DNA of 64,000 nt, from the NCBI RefSeq assembly GCF_009914755.1, contig NC_060928.1; one strand, written 5' to 3'. This DNA is from the human T2T-CHM13v2.0 reference genome, Homo sapiens. Each line of letters begins with the position of its first letter. Positions within the stretch are counted from its first letter, which is position 1. The notes below the pieces were generated by a model. It was given only the letters and a program-made list of their open reading frames with translations. It did not search any database and was not told where the DNA came from. The translations under genes and the position numbers were made by a program. This document shows, piece by piece, positions 17,181 to 29,599 of this stretch.

Positions 17181-17748
17181 GAATAACGTACTGCTATCAA
17201 CATTAAACATAGCTAAATAATTTTAGAGAATTATTACTCAGGATTGTGAAAGCACAGAAGTAGAAATTGACTAAACAAAGTATAGGGGCCAAAGTATTTG
17301 GTACATAAGATACCTCAATCTGTAGGACATTAAAATATCTAATTCTTTCTGAGAAAAATATTCCATTGGACCTTAGTCAGTGAAACTGGTACTGGAAAGG
17401 CTACACCTTTGAAAATAAGAAAGATACACACATTTTGAGTCAGAACAGTCTTCTAAGCATCTATATTGAGTTCATGGCAATTCTTCAGTGGTCTCTCTTT
17501 ACTAACAGAAATCTTTCAAAACTAAAATTGAGAAAAATAATATTCCATGTGCATGAGATTTCTTCTATGAGTAGTATTTATGCATCTTAGAATTTGAAAT
17601 AATGTGAAATGTAGTTAATTTAGTGTATATTTATGTTAAATATTTAAGAATCTGTGTGACAGAAGAAAGTTATACTCTTTTACTTGTATTTATTTTTAAT
17701 TTTTTCTATCTTATAATGTATTCTAAGTATGTTAATTAGTAGCATTTC

Positions 17749-18072
17749 TTTTCTTTTTTTTTCTTTTTTCTCTTTTTTTTTTTTTTTTCTGAGACAGGGT
17801 CTAGCTCTCTCACTCAGGCTGGAGGGCAGTGACGTGATCTCAGCTCACTGCAACCTCCGCCTCCAAGGATCAAGCGATTCTCATGCCTCTGCTTCCTGAG
17901 TAGCTGGGACTGCAGGTGCATGCCACCACACCTGGCTAATTTTTATATTTTTAGTAGAGATGGGGTTTTGCCATGTTTGCCAGGCTTGCCTTGAACTACT
18001 GTTCTCAAGTGATCTGCCTGCCTCAGTCTTGCAAAGTGCTGTGATTACAGAAGTGAGCCACTGTGCTGGACC
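17749..18072 (-). mobile_element. Old Alu (AluJb/Sz-like)
   Basis: Full dimer; TSD aattagtagcatttc (17734) / aattaatagcacttc (18073). Confidence 0.95.
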
Positions 18073-18442
18073 AATTAATAGCACTTCAACTGAAACTTAT
18101 AATAAAGTTTCTGATATCCTAAAATCTGAAACATTTAGTTTCTCTGACATATCTTACTTCAGACCCTGGTGCTTCACTCGTGTTTTTCTATTAAGGACTT
18201 CTATACAAATGCTTATTTATCAAATGCATCAATTTAGAATAAAATATCTATAAATTAATAATTAAATATTTTAAGTATATCTGAAAAACATATTAAGACC
18301 TTAGACAAATTACTATTTTTAAAAGTATTTATAATTCTCTTGGCTGACTGGCCAATAACAGTTGAGTTCTTACCTTGAATGAAGCCTTGTGCTATATGCT
18401 TTGAATATATTTTTTTCATTATTCCTCACAACAAATTTAGTT

Positions 18443-18779
18443 TGTTGTCAGTGGGGCAGTTCAGGTTCTTGACGGCTGCATAAAAGTATTTGAGAGCGGG
18501 TCCAAAGTGAAAGTAGGTAAAGAAGTTTATCACAAAGTGAAAGTACACTCTGACAGCTTATCTAAGCGGGCTTCTCAAAAGTGAAAGAGCACTGACATGG
18601 GGAAACTCTCTTTATGAGAGTCTTACATAATTATTCATGAAGGGATGGGAATGAGCATTGCTGTTAAGTATGTTGTGGGTGGTCTCCTGGATGCACATGC
18701 GCTACTGCTGTACATGCTAGTACGTACATTGCATGTCTCATTAGCATTTTAATTCTCCACCCAGAGGTGTGGGGTTTTT
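18443..18779 (-). mobile_element. ERV1 LTR fragment (MER4-group/MER51-like), ends at the adjacent L1
   Basis: caggttcttg..aagaagtttat..aaagtgaaagtacactc and ttagcattttaattctccacccagaggtgtg; subfamily uncertain. Confidence 0.65.
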
Positions 18780-18782
18780 AAA

Positions 18783-21700
18783 AATTTAATTTTATTTTAA
18801 GTTCCAGGGTACATGTGCAGGATGTGAAGGTTTGTTACATAGGAAAACGTGTGCCATGATGGTTTACCGCACCTATCAACCCATCACCTAAGTATTAAGC
18901 CCAGCATGCATTAACTATTCTTCCTGATGCTTTCCTCCCACTCCCCACCACCCAACAGGCTCCAGTGTGTGTTGTTTCCCTCCCCGTGTCCATGTGTTCT
19001 CATTTGTTCAGCTACCACTTATAAGTGAGAACACGCAGTGTTTGGCTGTCTGTTCCTGCATTAGTTTGCTGAGGATAATGGCGTCCAGTCCCATCCATGT
19101 TCCTGGAAAGGACATTATTTCATTCCTTTTTATGGCTGCATAGTATTCCATGGTGTATATGTACCACATTGTCTTTATCCAGTCTATCATTGATGGGCAT
19201 TTGGGTTGATTCCATGTCTTTGCTACTGTGAATAGTGCTGAAATAAAAATGTGTGCATGTATCTTTATAATAGAATGATTTCTACTCTGTTGTGTATATA
19301 CCCAGTAATGAGACTGCTGGGTCAAATGGTATTTCTGGTTCTAGGTCTTTGAGGAATTGCCACATTGTCTTCCACAATAGTTGAACTAATTTACATTCCC
19401 AACAGTGTAAAAGTGTTACTATCTCTCTACAGCCTTGTGAGTATCTGTTGTTTCTTGACTTTTTAAATAATCTCCATTCTGACTGGCATGAGATGGTATC
19501 TCATTGTGGTTTTGATTTGCATTTCTCCAATGATCAGTGATACCGTTTTTCATGTTTGTTGGCTGCATAAATGTCTTCTTTTGAGGAGTATTTGTTCATG
19601 TTCTTTGCCCACTTTTTAATAAGATTGTTTGTTTTTTCTTGTAACTTTAAGTTCCTTGTAAACTCTGGATATTAGAACTTTGTCAGATGGATAGATTGCA
19701 AAAATTTTCTCTTATTCTGTAGGTTGTCTGTTTGTTCTAATGATAGTTTCTTTTGCTGTGCAGAAGCTCTTTAGTTTAATTAGATCCAGTTTGTCAATTT
19801 TTGCTTTTATTGCAATTGTTTTGCTGTTTTTGTCAAGAAATCTTTGCCCATGCCTATGTCCAGAATGGTATTGCCTATATTTTTCTTCTAGAGTTTTTAT
19901 AGTTTGGGATTTTACGTTTAAGCTCTTTAGTTTAGATCCCAGCTGTCAATTTTGGCTTTTGTTGCAATTGTTTTTGGTGTTTTAGTCATGAAGTCTGCCC
20001 ATGCCTATGTCCTGAATGGTATTGCCTAGGTTTTCGTCTAGGGTTTTTATGGTTTTAGGTCTTATGTTTAAGTCTGTAATCCATCTTGAGTTAATTTTTA
20101 TAGAAGATGTAATGAAGGAATCCAGATTCACTTTTCTGCATATGACTAGGCAGTCCTCCCAGCACCATTTATTAAATAGGGAGCCCTTTCCCCATTGCTT
20201 GTTTTTGTCAGATTTGTCAAAGATCAGATGGTTGTAGATGTGTAGTATTATATCTGAGTTCTCTGTTCTGTTCCATTGGTCATATGTCTGTTTTTGTACT
20301 AGTACCATGCTGCTTTGGTTACTGTAGCCTTGCAGTATAAAGTCAGGTAGAGTGATTCCTCCAGTTTTGTTCTTTTTGCTTAGGATTGTCTTGGCTATAT
20401 GGGCTCCTTTTTAGTTCCATGTGAATTTTAGTTCCATGTGAATAGTTTTTTTCTAATTCTGTGAATAATGTCAATGGTAGTTTAAGGGGAATAGAATTGA
20501 ATCTATAAATTGCATTGGGCAGTATGGCCATTTTCATGATATTGAATCTTCCTATCCATGAGCATGGAATGTTTTTTGATTTGTTTGTGTCCTCTCTGAC
20601 TTCTTTGAGTAGTGGTTTGTAATTTTCCTTAGAGAGGTCCTTCACCTCCCTTGTTATCTGTATTCCTAGGTATTTTATTCTCTTTGTAGCAATTGTGAAT
20701 GGGAGTTCATTCATGATTTGGCTCTCTGCTAGTCTATTGGTGGTGTATAGGAAGGCTAGAAATTTTTGCACATTGATTTTGTATCCTGAGACTTTGCGGA
20801 AGTTTTTTATCAGCTTAAGAAGCTTTTGGACTGAGATAATGGAGTTTTCTAGATACAGGATCATGTCATCTGAAACAGACACAATTTGACTTCCTCTCTT
20901 CCAATTTGGATACCCTTTATTTATTTATCTTGCCTGACTGCCCTGGCCAGAACTTCCATTACTATGTTGAATAGGAGTGATGAAGGAGGGCATTCTTGTC
21001 TTGTGCCAGTTTCCAAGTGAAATGCTTCCAGTTTTTGCCCATTCAGTATGATATTGCTGTAGGTTTGTCATAGATGACTCTTATTATTTTGTGGTATTTT
21101 CCTTCAATACCTAGTTTATTGAGAGTTTTTAACATGAAGGGATGTTGAATATTATCGTATGTTCCTTCAATACCTAGTTTATTGAGAGTTTTTAACACGA
21201 AGGGATGTTGAATATTATCGTATGTTCCTTCAATACCTAGTTTATTGAGAGTTTTTAACATTAAGGGATGTTGAATATTATCAAAGGCCTTTTCTGGGTC
21301 TATTGAGATAATCATGTGGTTTTTGTCCTTAGTTCTCAATATGTGATGAATTATATTTATCGATCTGTGGTTTGTTGAACTAACCTTGCATCTTGGGGAT
21401 GAAGCCAACTTGATTGTGAGTGATAAGCTTTTTGATGTGCTGCTGGATTTCATCTGCCAGTATTTTACTGAGGATTTTTGCATTAATATTCATCAGCGAT
21501 GAAGTTTTCATTTTTACAATATTCATCAGTGGTTTGAAGTTTTCATTTTTTGTTATATCTCTGCCAGGTTTTTGTATCAGGATGATACCAAAATGATTTA
21601 GGGAGGAGTCCCTCCTTTTCAATTGTTTGAAATAGTTTCAGAATAAATGGTACCAGCTCCTCTTTGTACCTCTGGTAGAACTCAACTTTAAATCCATCTG

Positions 21701-23306
21701 GCCCAGGGCTTCTTTTATTGGTTGGTTGGCTATTTATTACTGCCTCAATTTCAGAACGCATTATTGGTCTATTCAGTGATTCAACTTCTTCTCGGTTCAG
21801 TCTTGGGAGGATGTATGTGTCCAAAAATTTGTCCATTTATTCTAGATTTTCTAGTTTATTTGCACAGAGGTGGTTATAGTATTCTCTGATGGTCATTTAT
21901 ATTTCTGTGGGATCAGTGGTGATATCCCATTTATCATTTTTTATTGTTTCTATTTTATTCTTCTCTCTTATTAGTCTAGCTAGTGGTCCATCTGTTATTT
22001 TTTTTTCAAAAAATCAGCCCCTGGATTCATTTATTTTTAGAAGGGTTTTTTTGCATCTATATCTCCTTCAGTTACACTCTGATCCTGCTTATTTCTTGTC
22101 TTCTGCTAGCTTTGGGGTTTGTTTGCTCTTGGATCGCTAGTTCTTTTAGTTGTGATGTTAGGATGTCAATTTGAGATCTTTCTATCTTTTTGATGTGGGT
22201 ACTTAGTACTATAAATTTCCCTCTGAACACTGCTTTAGCTGCATCACAGAGATTCTGGTACTTTGTCTCTTTGTTCTCACTGGTTTCAAAGAACTTCTTG
22301 ATTTTTGCCCTTATTTCATTATTTCCCTAGGAGTCATTCAGGAGCAGGTTTTTCAATTTCCATGTAGTTATGTGGTTTTGAGTGAGTTTCTTAATCTTGA
22401 GTTCAAATTCGATTACACTGTGGTCTGAGAGACTGTTTCTTATTATTTCAGTTCTTTTGCATTTGCTGAGGAGTGTATTACTTCCAATTATGTGATCAAT
22501 TTTAGAGTAAGTGCCATGTGGTGCCAATAAGAATGTATATTCTGTTGTGCTTTGGTGGAGAGTTCTGTAGATATCTATCAGGTCCACTTAATTCAGAGCT
22601 GAGTTCAAGTCCTAAATATTTTTGTTAACTTTTTGTCTCAATGATCTGTCAAATACTGACAATGGGGTGTGAAATTCTCCCACTATTATGATGTGGTAGT
22701 TCTCTAAGAACTTGTTTTGTGAAACTGGGTGTTCCATGTATTGGGTGCATATATATTCAGGATAGTTGGCTCTTCTTGTTGAATTGAACACTTTACCATT
22801 ATGTAATGCCCTTCTTTGTCTTTTTTGATCTTTGTTTGTTTAGTCTATTTTCTCAGAAACTAGGACTGCAACTCCTGCTTTTTTCTGCTTTCCATTTGCT
22901 TGGTAAATTTTCCTCCATCCCTTTATTTTGAGCCTATGTGTGTTTATGCATGTGAGATGGGTCTCTTGAATACAGCACACTGATGGGTCTTCTCTTTTTA
23001 TACAGCTTGCCATTCTGTGTCTTTTAATTGGGGCATTTAATCCATTTGCATTTAAGGGTAATATTGTTATATGTGAATTTGATGCTGTCATCATGATACT
23101 GGCTAGTTATTTTGTGGACTTGTTAATGTAGTTGTTTCATAGTATCATTGGTGTGTGTCATTCAGTGTTTTCTTTTTTTTTTTTTTGTAGGGGCTGGTAA
23201 TGTTTTCTGTGGTGGTTGTTGTTGTTTTTCTTCCATATTTAGTACCTCCTTCAGGAACTCTTGCAAGGCTTCCTTCAGGAACTTTGAAGTACTTCCTTCA
23301 GGAACT
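18783..23306 (-). mobile_element. L1PA (approx. PA8-PA11) 5'-truncated LINE, about 4.5 kb, ORF2 pseudogene
   Basis: 3'UTR at 18783-19000. ORF2 pieces: EN (22840: MTASNSHITILPLNANGLNAPIKRHR..IQETHL), Z/RT (21543, 21043, 20343: [11 protein letters not shown]) and C-terminus (19008). ORF1 end near 23200-23270. Many frameshifts. Confidence 0.95.
21094..21282. repeat. 3 x 63-bp tandem repeat within L1 ORF2
   Basis: Units start at 21094, 21157 and 21220; the translation repeats [18 protein letters not shown] three times in frame. Confidence 0.97.
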
Positions 23307-24427
23307 TAGGGTTAAGGTACGTGTTAATAGTCAACAGTACCATGTATTTATATGTATTCATTTGAAAGTTGAATGTATCATTCTTGAGTGCAGAAATTAT
23401 TGCTCAAATAGGTTTTTGATGTGTTGGAGATACTGGGGTAACAATTCAGAAGAAGTCTTTATAATTATGGTACATATATAAAATGTTTATAATTTCTTGA
23501 GTATAGTGTATTATCTCAGAATAATTCAGAATGTTTCTAATTTAACAAAATAATTTGAAATATTTATCATTGTTCCTTTCATTTCAGTTTGCTTTTTTCT
23601 GTAACCTGTCTATTCATCATCATCATAAGTAATATAAACATAAAACAGATAACCACAAATGTATAAGATTGTTATATAATTTCTAAACACATTGATTTCC
23701 CTTCAGATTCCTAATTACATATTTCAAAAACACAATGTATTGATATTCCTTTATTACATTTTAACTCTAAAATCTGTTCCCTATAGTCCACTGCTTGCTC
23801 ATACTATCATGAAACATTTGTATAGAAAACAGATCACCTATAACATGAGCAAATAATTGAAAGCTTGAAATACATTTCAAGAACCTGCTTCAATCTGTAA
23901 GCAAGAGGAAAGAGTTCAAGTTCCACAGCTAGGCAATGGAAAACAAACACTGTTGTATCATTTTAAAATCAAATATTGGAGGTGAATTTTAGAATATAAT
24001 TCATCTTACTAACCTAACACAATAAAGTCTGGGGTAAAAATATCTTAACACATTTTAAATATATTTTTCATACAAATGCCTTGAACTTTTTTTGTATTTT
24101 GTGTATGTGTAATTGACATATTCCATCTTTATAAACTTAAGACTTGCTCTAATTGCATACAATAAGAGCCTGCAAGAGCCAGTGGTTACAAATTTGTAGT
24201 CAGCCCAAATCATGTTTAGTTTCCATACAAATGCTCTTAACTTTTGCATATTTTGTGATAGTAAACATTATCTTCATAAGGCATTTTATTAAACAAATAC
24301 CAGTATTTGTTTAAAATATTACACAAAACAGGACAATAAATATTAATTGCAGAAAGAACCATCTGCGAAAACAATAAAAGTTTATGCTAATATTGATCTA
24401 GAGGAAAATAATGATTTTTTAAATAAT

Positions 24428-26176
24428 TTCAACTTCTATTTTAGATTCAGGGGGCACATGTGCAGGCTTGTTACAAGGGTATATCGTATGGCACTGAGGT
24501 TTGGGGTACAAATTATACCTTCACCCAGATAGTGACCACAGCACCCAATAGGTAGTTTTTCAGTTCTTGCCTCCCCTCCTTCTCTCCCTCTTCTAGTAGT
24601 ACCCAGTGTCTATTGTTTCCATCTTTATGTCTGTTTTTATACCTGATGTTCAGCTCCCACTTATAAGTGAGACCATACAGTATTTATTTTCTGTTCCTCA
24701 ATTAATTTGCTTTAGATAGTGGCCTCCAGTTTTATATATGTTGCTGCAAAGGACAATATTTTGTTTGTTTTTGTGACTGCATAGTATTTCATGGTGTATA
24801 TGTACCACATTTTCTTGATCCAGTTCATTGCTGATGGGCACCTAGGTTGATTTCACGTAACTGTTATTGTGAATAGTGCTGAAATGAACATATGAGGGCA
24901 TGTGTCCTTTTGGTAGAATGATTCATTTTCCTTTGGGTATGTATCCAGTGATGGGATTGCTGGGCGAATTGTAGTTCTAAGTTCTTTGAGAAATTTCCAA
25001 ACTGCTCTCCATAGCGGCTGAACTAATTTACATTTCTGTCAAGAGTGTATAAGTGTTCCTTTTTCAGTGTATAAGGTTCCATAACCTTGTCAACATCTGT
25101 TATTTTCTTCACTTTTTAATAATAACCATTCTGGCTGTTGTGAGATGGTATCTCCTTATGGTTTTGATTTCCATTTATCTGATGATTAGTGATATTAAGC
25201 ATGTTTTCATATGCTTATTGGTTGCTTGTATTTCTTGTTTTGAAACATGTCTGTTTATGTTCTTTGCCAAGTTTTTCATGAGGTTATTTGGTTTTTGCTT
25301 GTTGATTTGTTTAAGTCATGTACAGATTCTGATAATAAGACCTTTGTCTTATGTATAGTTTGTGAATATTTGCTCCCATTCTGTAGGTTGCCTGTTTACT
25401 CTGTTGATTGTTTATTTTGCTGTGCAGAAGCTCCTTAGTTTAATTAGATTCCACTTGTCAATTTTCATTTTGGTTGCAATTGCTTTTAAAGGCTTAGTCA
25501 TAAATTCTTTCCCAAGGCTGTGTGCAGAATGGCATTTCCAAGGTTTTCTTCTAGAATTTTTATAGTTTGAGGTCTTATATTTAAATCTTTTATCCATTTT
25601 GAGGTAAGTTTTGTATATGGAGAAAGACAGGGGTCCAGTTTCATTCTTCTGCACATAGCTAGCCAGTTATCACAGCACCATTTATTGAATAGGGAGTCCT
25701 TTCCCCATTACTTGTTAGCTTTGTCAAAGAAGAGATGGTTGTATGTGTGTGGTTTTATTTCTGGCTTCTCTATTCTGTTCCATTGGTGCATGGGTTTTTG
25801 TAGCAGTACCATGCTGTTTTGGTTACCATAGCCTTATAATATAGTTTGAAGTCAGGAGATGTGATGCCTCTAGCTTTGTTCTTTTTCCTTAGGATTGCTT
25901 TGGCTATTCAAGCTGTTCTTTGGTATCCATATGGATTTTAGAGAAGTTATTTTTTTTTCTAATTCTGTGGAAAATGACATTATTATTTTGATAGGAATAG
26001 TGTTGAATCTTTAGGTTGCTTTAGGCAATGTGGCTATTTTAATGATACTGATTATTCTAATCCATGAGCATGGAATCTTTTTTCCAATTTTGCGGCATCT
26101 ATGATTTATTTTGGCAGTGTTTTGTAGTCATTTTTGTAAACATCTTTTGCCTCCTTGATTAGATGTATTCCTAGGT

Positions 26177-26217
<41 letters not shown>

Positions 26218-26600
26218 CTACTGGAAATGCCTATTGCATTCCTGATTTGGCTTTCATCTTGATCGTTATTCATGGATAGATTTTGGTATGTTGTGTCTCT
26301 ATTTTCATTTATTTCTAAGAATTTTTTGATTTCTGCCTTAATTTCATTGTATACCCAAAAGTCATTCAGGAGCAAGTTGTTTTATTTCAATGCAACTTTG
26401 TGGTTTTGAGAGGTCTTCTTGATATTGGTTTATAGTTTTATTCCCCTATGGTCCAATAATAGGTATGGCTGGCATGATTTTCATTTTTTAAATATTTATT
26501 GAGACTTGCTTTATGGCTGGGCATGTAGTTGATTGTAGAGTTTGTTCTGTATGCAGATGAGAATAATGTATTTTTTGTGGCTGTTGGATGGAGTACTCTT
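24428..26600 (-). mobile_element. L1PA15/16-like LINE fragment with large internal deletion
   Basis: 3' end aacttctattttagattcagggggcacatgtgcagg..cccaataggtagttttt; ORF2 pieces [17 protein letters not shown] and [23 protein letters not shown]. Confidence 0.9.
26181..26216. repeat. (TG)n microsatellite inside L1
   Basis: About 18 perfect TG units. Confidence 0.97.
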
Positions 26601-26699
26601 CGTCTCTTTTTTTAAGTATGAAATTTGGTTTGCACATATGCAAAAATAAAAATTTATAAAATATCTAAAAATAAATTTTAAAAAAGAATAATAAATATG

Positions 26700-28000
26700 T
26701 GTTCATATTGTGTTTATCAAATTATTAATCAGATAATTATACTAAGGTGATTTTTTTAAAAAGCAAGGGATAAATTAGCTAAACCTTAATTATGTGTTTT
26801 GAGAAGTGTAAAAAAAAATGGGCTAGATGCAGTGGCTCATGCCTGTAAACTCAGCACTTTGGGAGGCAGGGGCAGGAGGATTACTGGAGAATAGGAGTTT
26901 GACACCAGCCTAGGCAACATAACCCAGTCTCTACTAAAATTTTTTTAAAAATCAGCTGAGCATGGTGGCACACACCTGTAATCCTAACTACTCAGGATAC
27001 TGAAGTAGGAAGACCCCTTGAGCCCAGAAGTTCCAGGTTGCAGTTAGCTATGATTATGCCACTGCACTCCAGCTTAGGTGATAGAGAGACACCCTGTCTA
27101 TTAAAAAAATTCTAGAAAGGAAGTAATGAAATCAAAATTGCCTTATCAGGTATTCAAAGGTAAACTAAAACTACAAATAAGAGTGTAGCACTGGTTTACG
27201 TGTGAGTTAAGAGAGATTAAAGGTACCTAAAATTTGCAAAAGTAGATAGAAAGCATATAGGTAGCATAATGATGGTACATTGTATAATAAATCATTGGGA
27301 CTAAGATAAATATAGATGCACCAACTAAGTAGCTATCTAAAATTAAAATATTTTATCACTGTAACTTCCAAATATTTAAATGTAAATCTGAAACAAAAAT
27401 ATTACCAAAAGTAATGTATTTATAATTTCAAAGCCAAAAAAGCTACATTAGAATAAAACTAAGAAAACATCAAAAAATGTATATATATATATGTGATTAC
27501 ATTAAAATATGACATGATAATGTCACATGGCAAAAATATAGTAATGTCAAAAGTCAAACGAAAAGTGAGAAAAATTCAGTCCTTATTTCATAGAAGGACC
27601 TGATATATTTTTATAAAGAAAATCCTACAAATTAATTCAAATAATGATCTAAAAGCAAGAACAAAAACAGGTTTACAGAGAACAGAAATAGATATGGCTC
27701 TTTGGTATAAAAATTAATTCTCAGTATTATGTACAAGAAGACAAATTAAATTTTCAGAAACATGTCCTGCTTTGTCCCTCAGACTGGCAAAAATTATTAT
27801 GCTGAATTGTGTTACTGTGATAACCGTAAATTATGGAAATATGTTGACAAGCAGATGAAAAAATTTTCACTCAAAACACTGCATATAGTATTAAAAATGT
27901 GTGTAATATCTTCTAAAGGCAATCCCCAAAAATAACAATTCACTGTCCATTTGGCTCAAGTCACCCTTGTCTAGGAATTTATCCTATAGAAATATGTGCA
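26700..28000 (+). mobile_element. Very old L1ME-type ORF2 3' fragments (Alu inserted)
   Basis: A-rich; aattgccttatcaggtattcaa..., ctaggaatttatcctatagaaata; highly diverged. Confidence 0.5.
26821..27108 (+). mobile_element. AluJ SINE
   Basis: ggcaggaggatt..ttgagcccagaag..agctatgattatgccactg (J-type positions). Confidence 0.93.
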
Positions 28001-28088
28001 ACTTCATGCAGTCATTCCTTACTTAGCATAAAAATTGCCAGGACAAAATGTATGGTTGTGTAGCTTATGCATGGCAAAAACAGGGTTG

Positions 28089-28564
28089 GTAGATGATTAA
28101 TTTTATACATCAACCTGACAACACCATGAGGTGTGCAGATTAAGCATTATTTCTGGTCATGTCTGTGACGATATTTCTGAATGAGATTAGCCTTTGAATC
28201 GCTGGACTCAGTGAAGTAGATGGCCCTGCACAGTGTGGGTGAGCATATCCAATCTGTTGAAGGCTTGAGCATAGCAAAACTACTGAGGAAGGAGAAATTT
28301 GTGTCTTTTTCTTCCTGCCTGTCTGCATCACCTGGAATATTGGCTATGCCCTTGGTCTGGGATTTATACTACGAGCTCCCACGGTCCTCAAACCTTGGGA
28401 CTCCAACTGGAATAATACACCAGTTTCCCTGAGCCTCCAGCTTGAAGACAGTAGATTGTGAGACTTCATCTCCATAACTGCATGAGCAAATTCCTCACAA
28501 TTAATACAAATAAATAAATAAATAAAACCATTTTTTCCCCCTCTGAAAAACTCTGAATAATACA
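28089..28564 (+). mobile_element. MLT2 (ERVL) solo LTR, MLT2C/D-like
   Basis: gattaattttatacatcaacctgac..attatttctgg..gagattagc..tttgaatc..gatggccct..atccaatctgttgaaggc..ctccataactgcatgagc..aactctgaataataca. Confidence 0.85.
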
Positions 28565-29599
28565 ATTGGGCAAAAGAAAAATAAAGGCTCATATACAGGT
28601 GAGCCAGCTATATAAAGCCAGAAGAAGATATGCCTTTTTCTAAATAATATGCAAACCGTTAACAAGGCAGGGAAGACCTAAATTCTTTCCTATGGGGAAA
28701 AGAGGGGCTGAGAAATACAAATTTTATTCTGGTGGGACAGAAGTCTACTCAAAAATTAATTCAAGTACTAGGAAAAATCTTTAACAATGGGCATTATTTT
28801 GAAAAATTTTATTGTTCTACAACCTGATATTACTAAATTAAACTTAGGGAAATTGGACAAAATAAAGTTAAAGGTATATATTCCAAGGTTGGGTAAACTA
28901 TACATAATCTAAAAATATTATCCTATTTAGCAAATATTTTAACATTGACACTATTTTCTCAAGTTGAAGGTTTCATAGTTAAAAATATGTACTTTGAAAT
29001 ATTATCAGTTCTCTAATAGCATCAGTTTCTGAAGGTTTTCATTTTTTATTTTTAGTCAATAGAATAGCAACTGAAAAATACTTCTTTACACTTTATAATG
29101 TAAATATTTTATAAAGTTGTTTGAAGTTTATAGTAGTAGTTGTATTTTTAGCAAAATATATTTAATACTTGTGGAAAATTTATTGTCATCATGGATATTT
29201 TAACATGTATAAACTTATAAATTTATATTTTAAACACTATACATTTCTGAGTGTTAAGTCTAATTCAACAAACATGTTTTGAGTCATTTAGGTCTGGTGC
29301 TAGGTAATTGGCATAAAAAGCCCCAAATGACCAGCATCTAATTTCAAATAAGTCAATGCTGACATGACGAATTCCACTTTTGTTTTTACTATACTGGCAG
29401 TCAAAGCTCTCAGAAATTGATAATGTAGTCCAACATCAATAATCATCGAAGTTTAATATTTAAATGCCAATTAACTTATAATATCAAGAATACAAGAGGA
29501 TAAATAGAAAAGATGAATTCAAATTCTATAGAAAGTGTGACTATACATCAAAAACTATACATGTTTAAACCAATAAAGTATCTATTATTTTATACATTT

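Noticed and set aside
21094-21282. Regular repeats as a CRISPR-like array
   Set aside because: The units are contiguous with no unique spacers and derive from L1 ORF2 in a primate genome.
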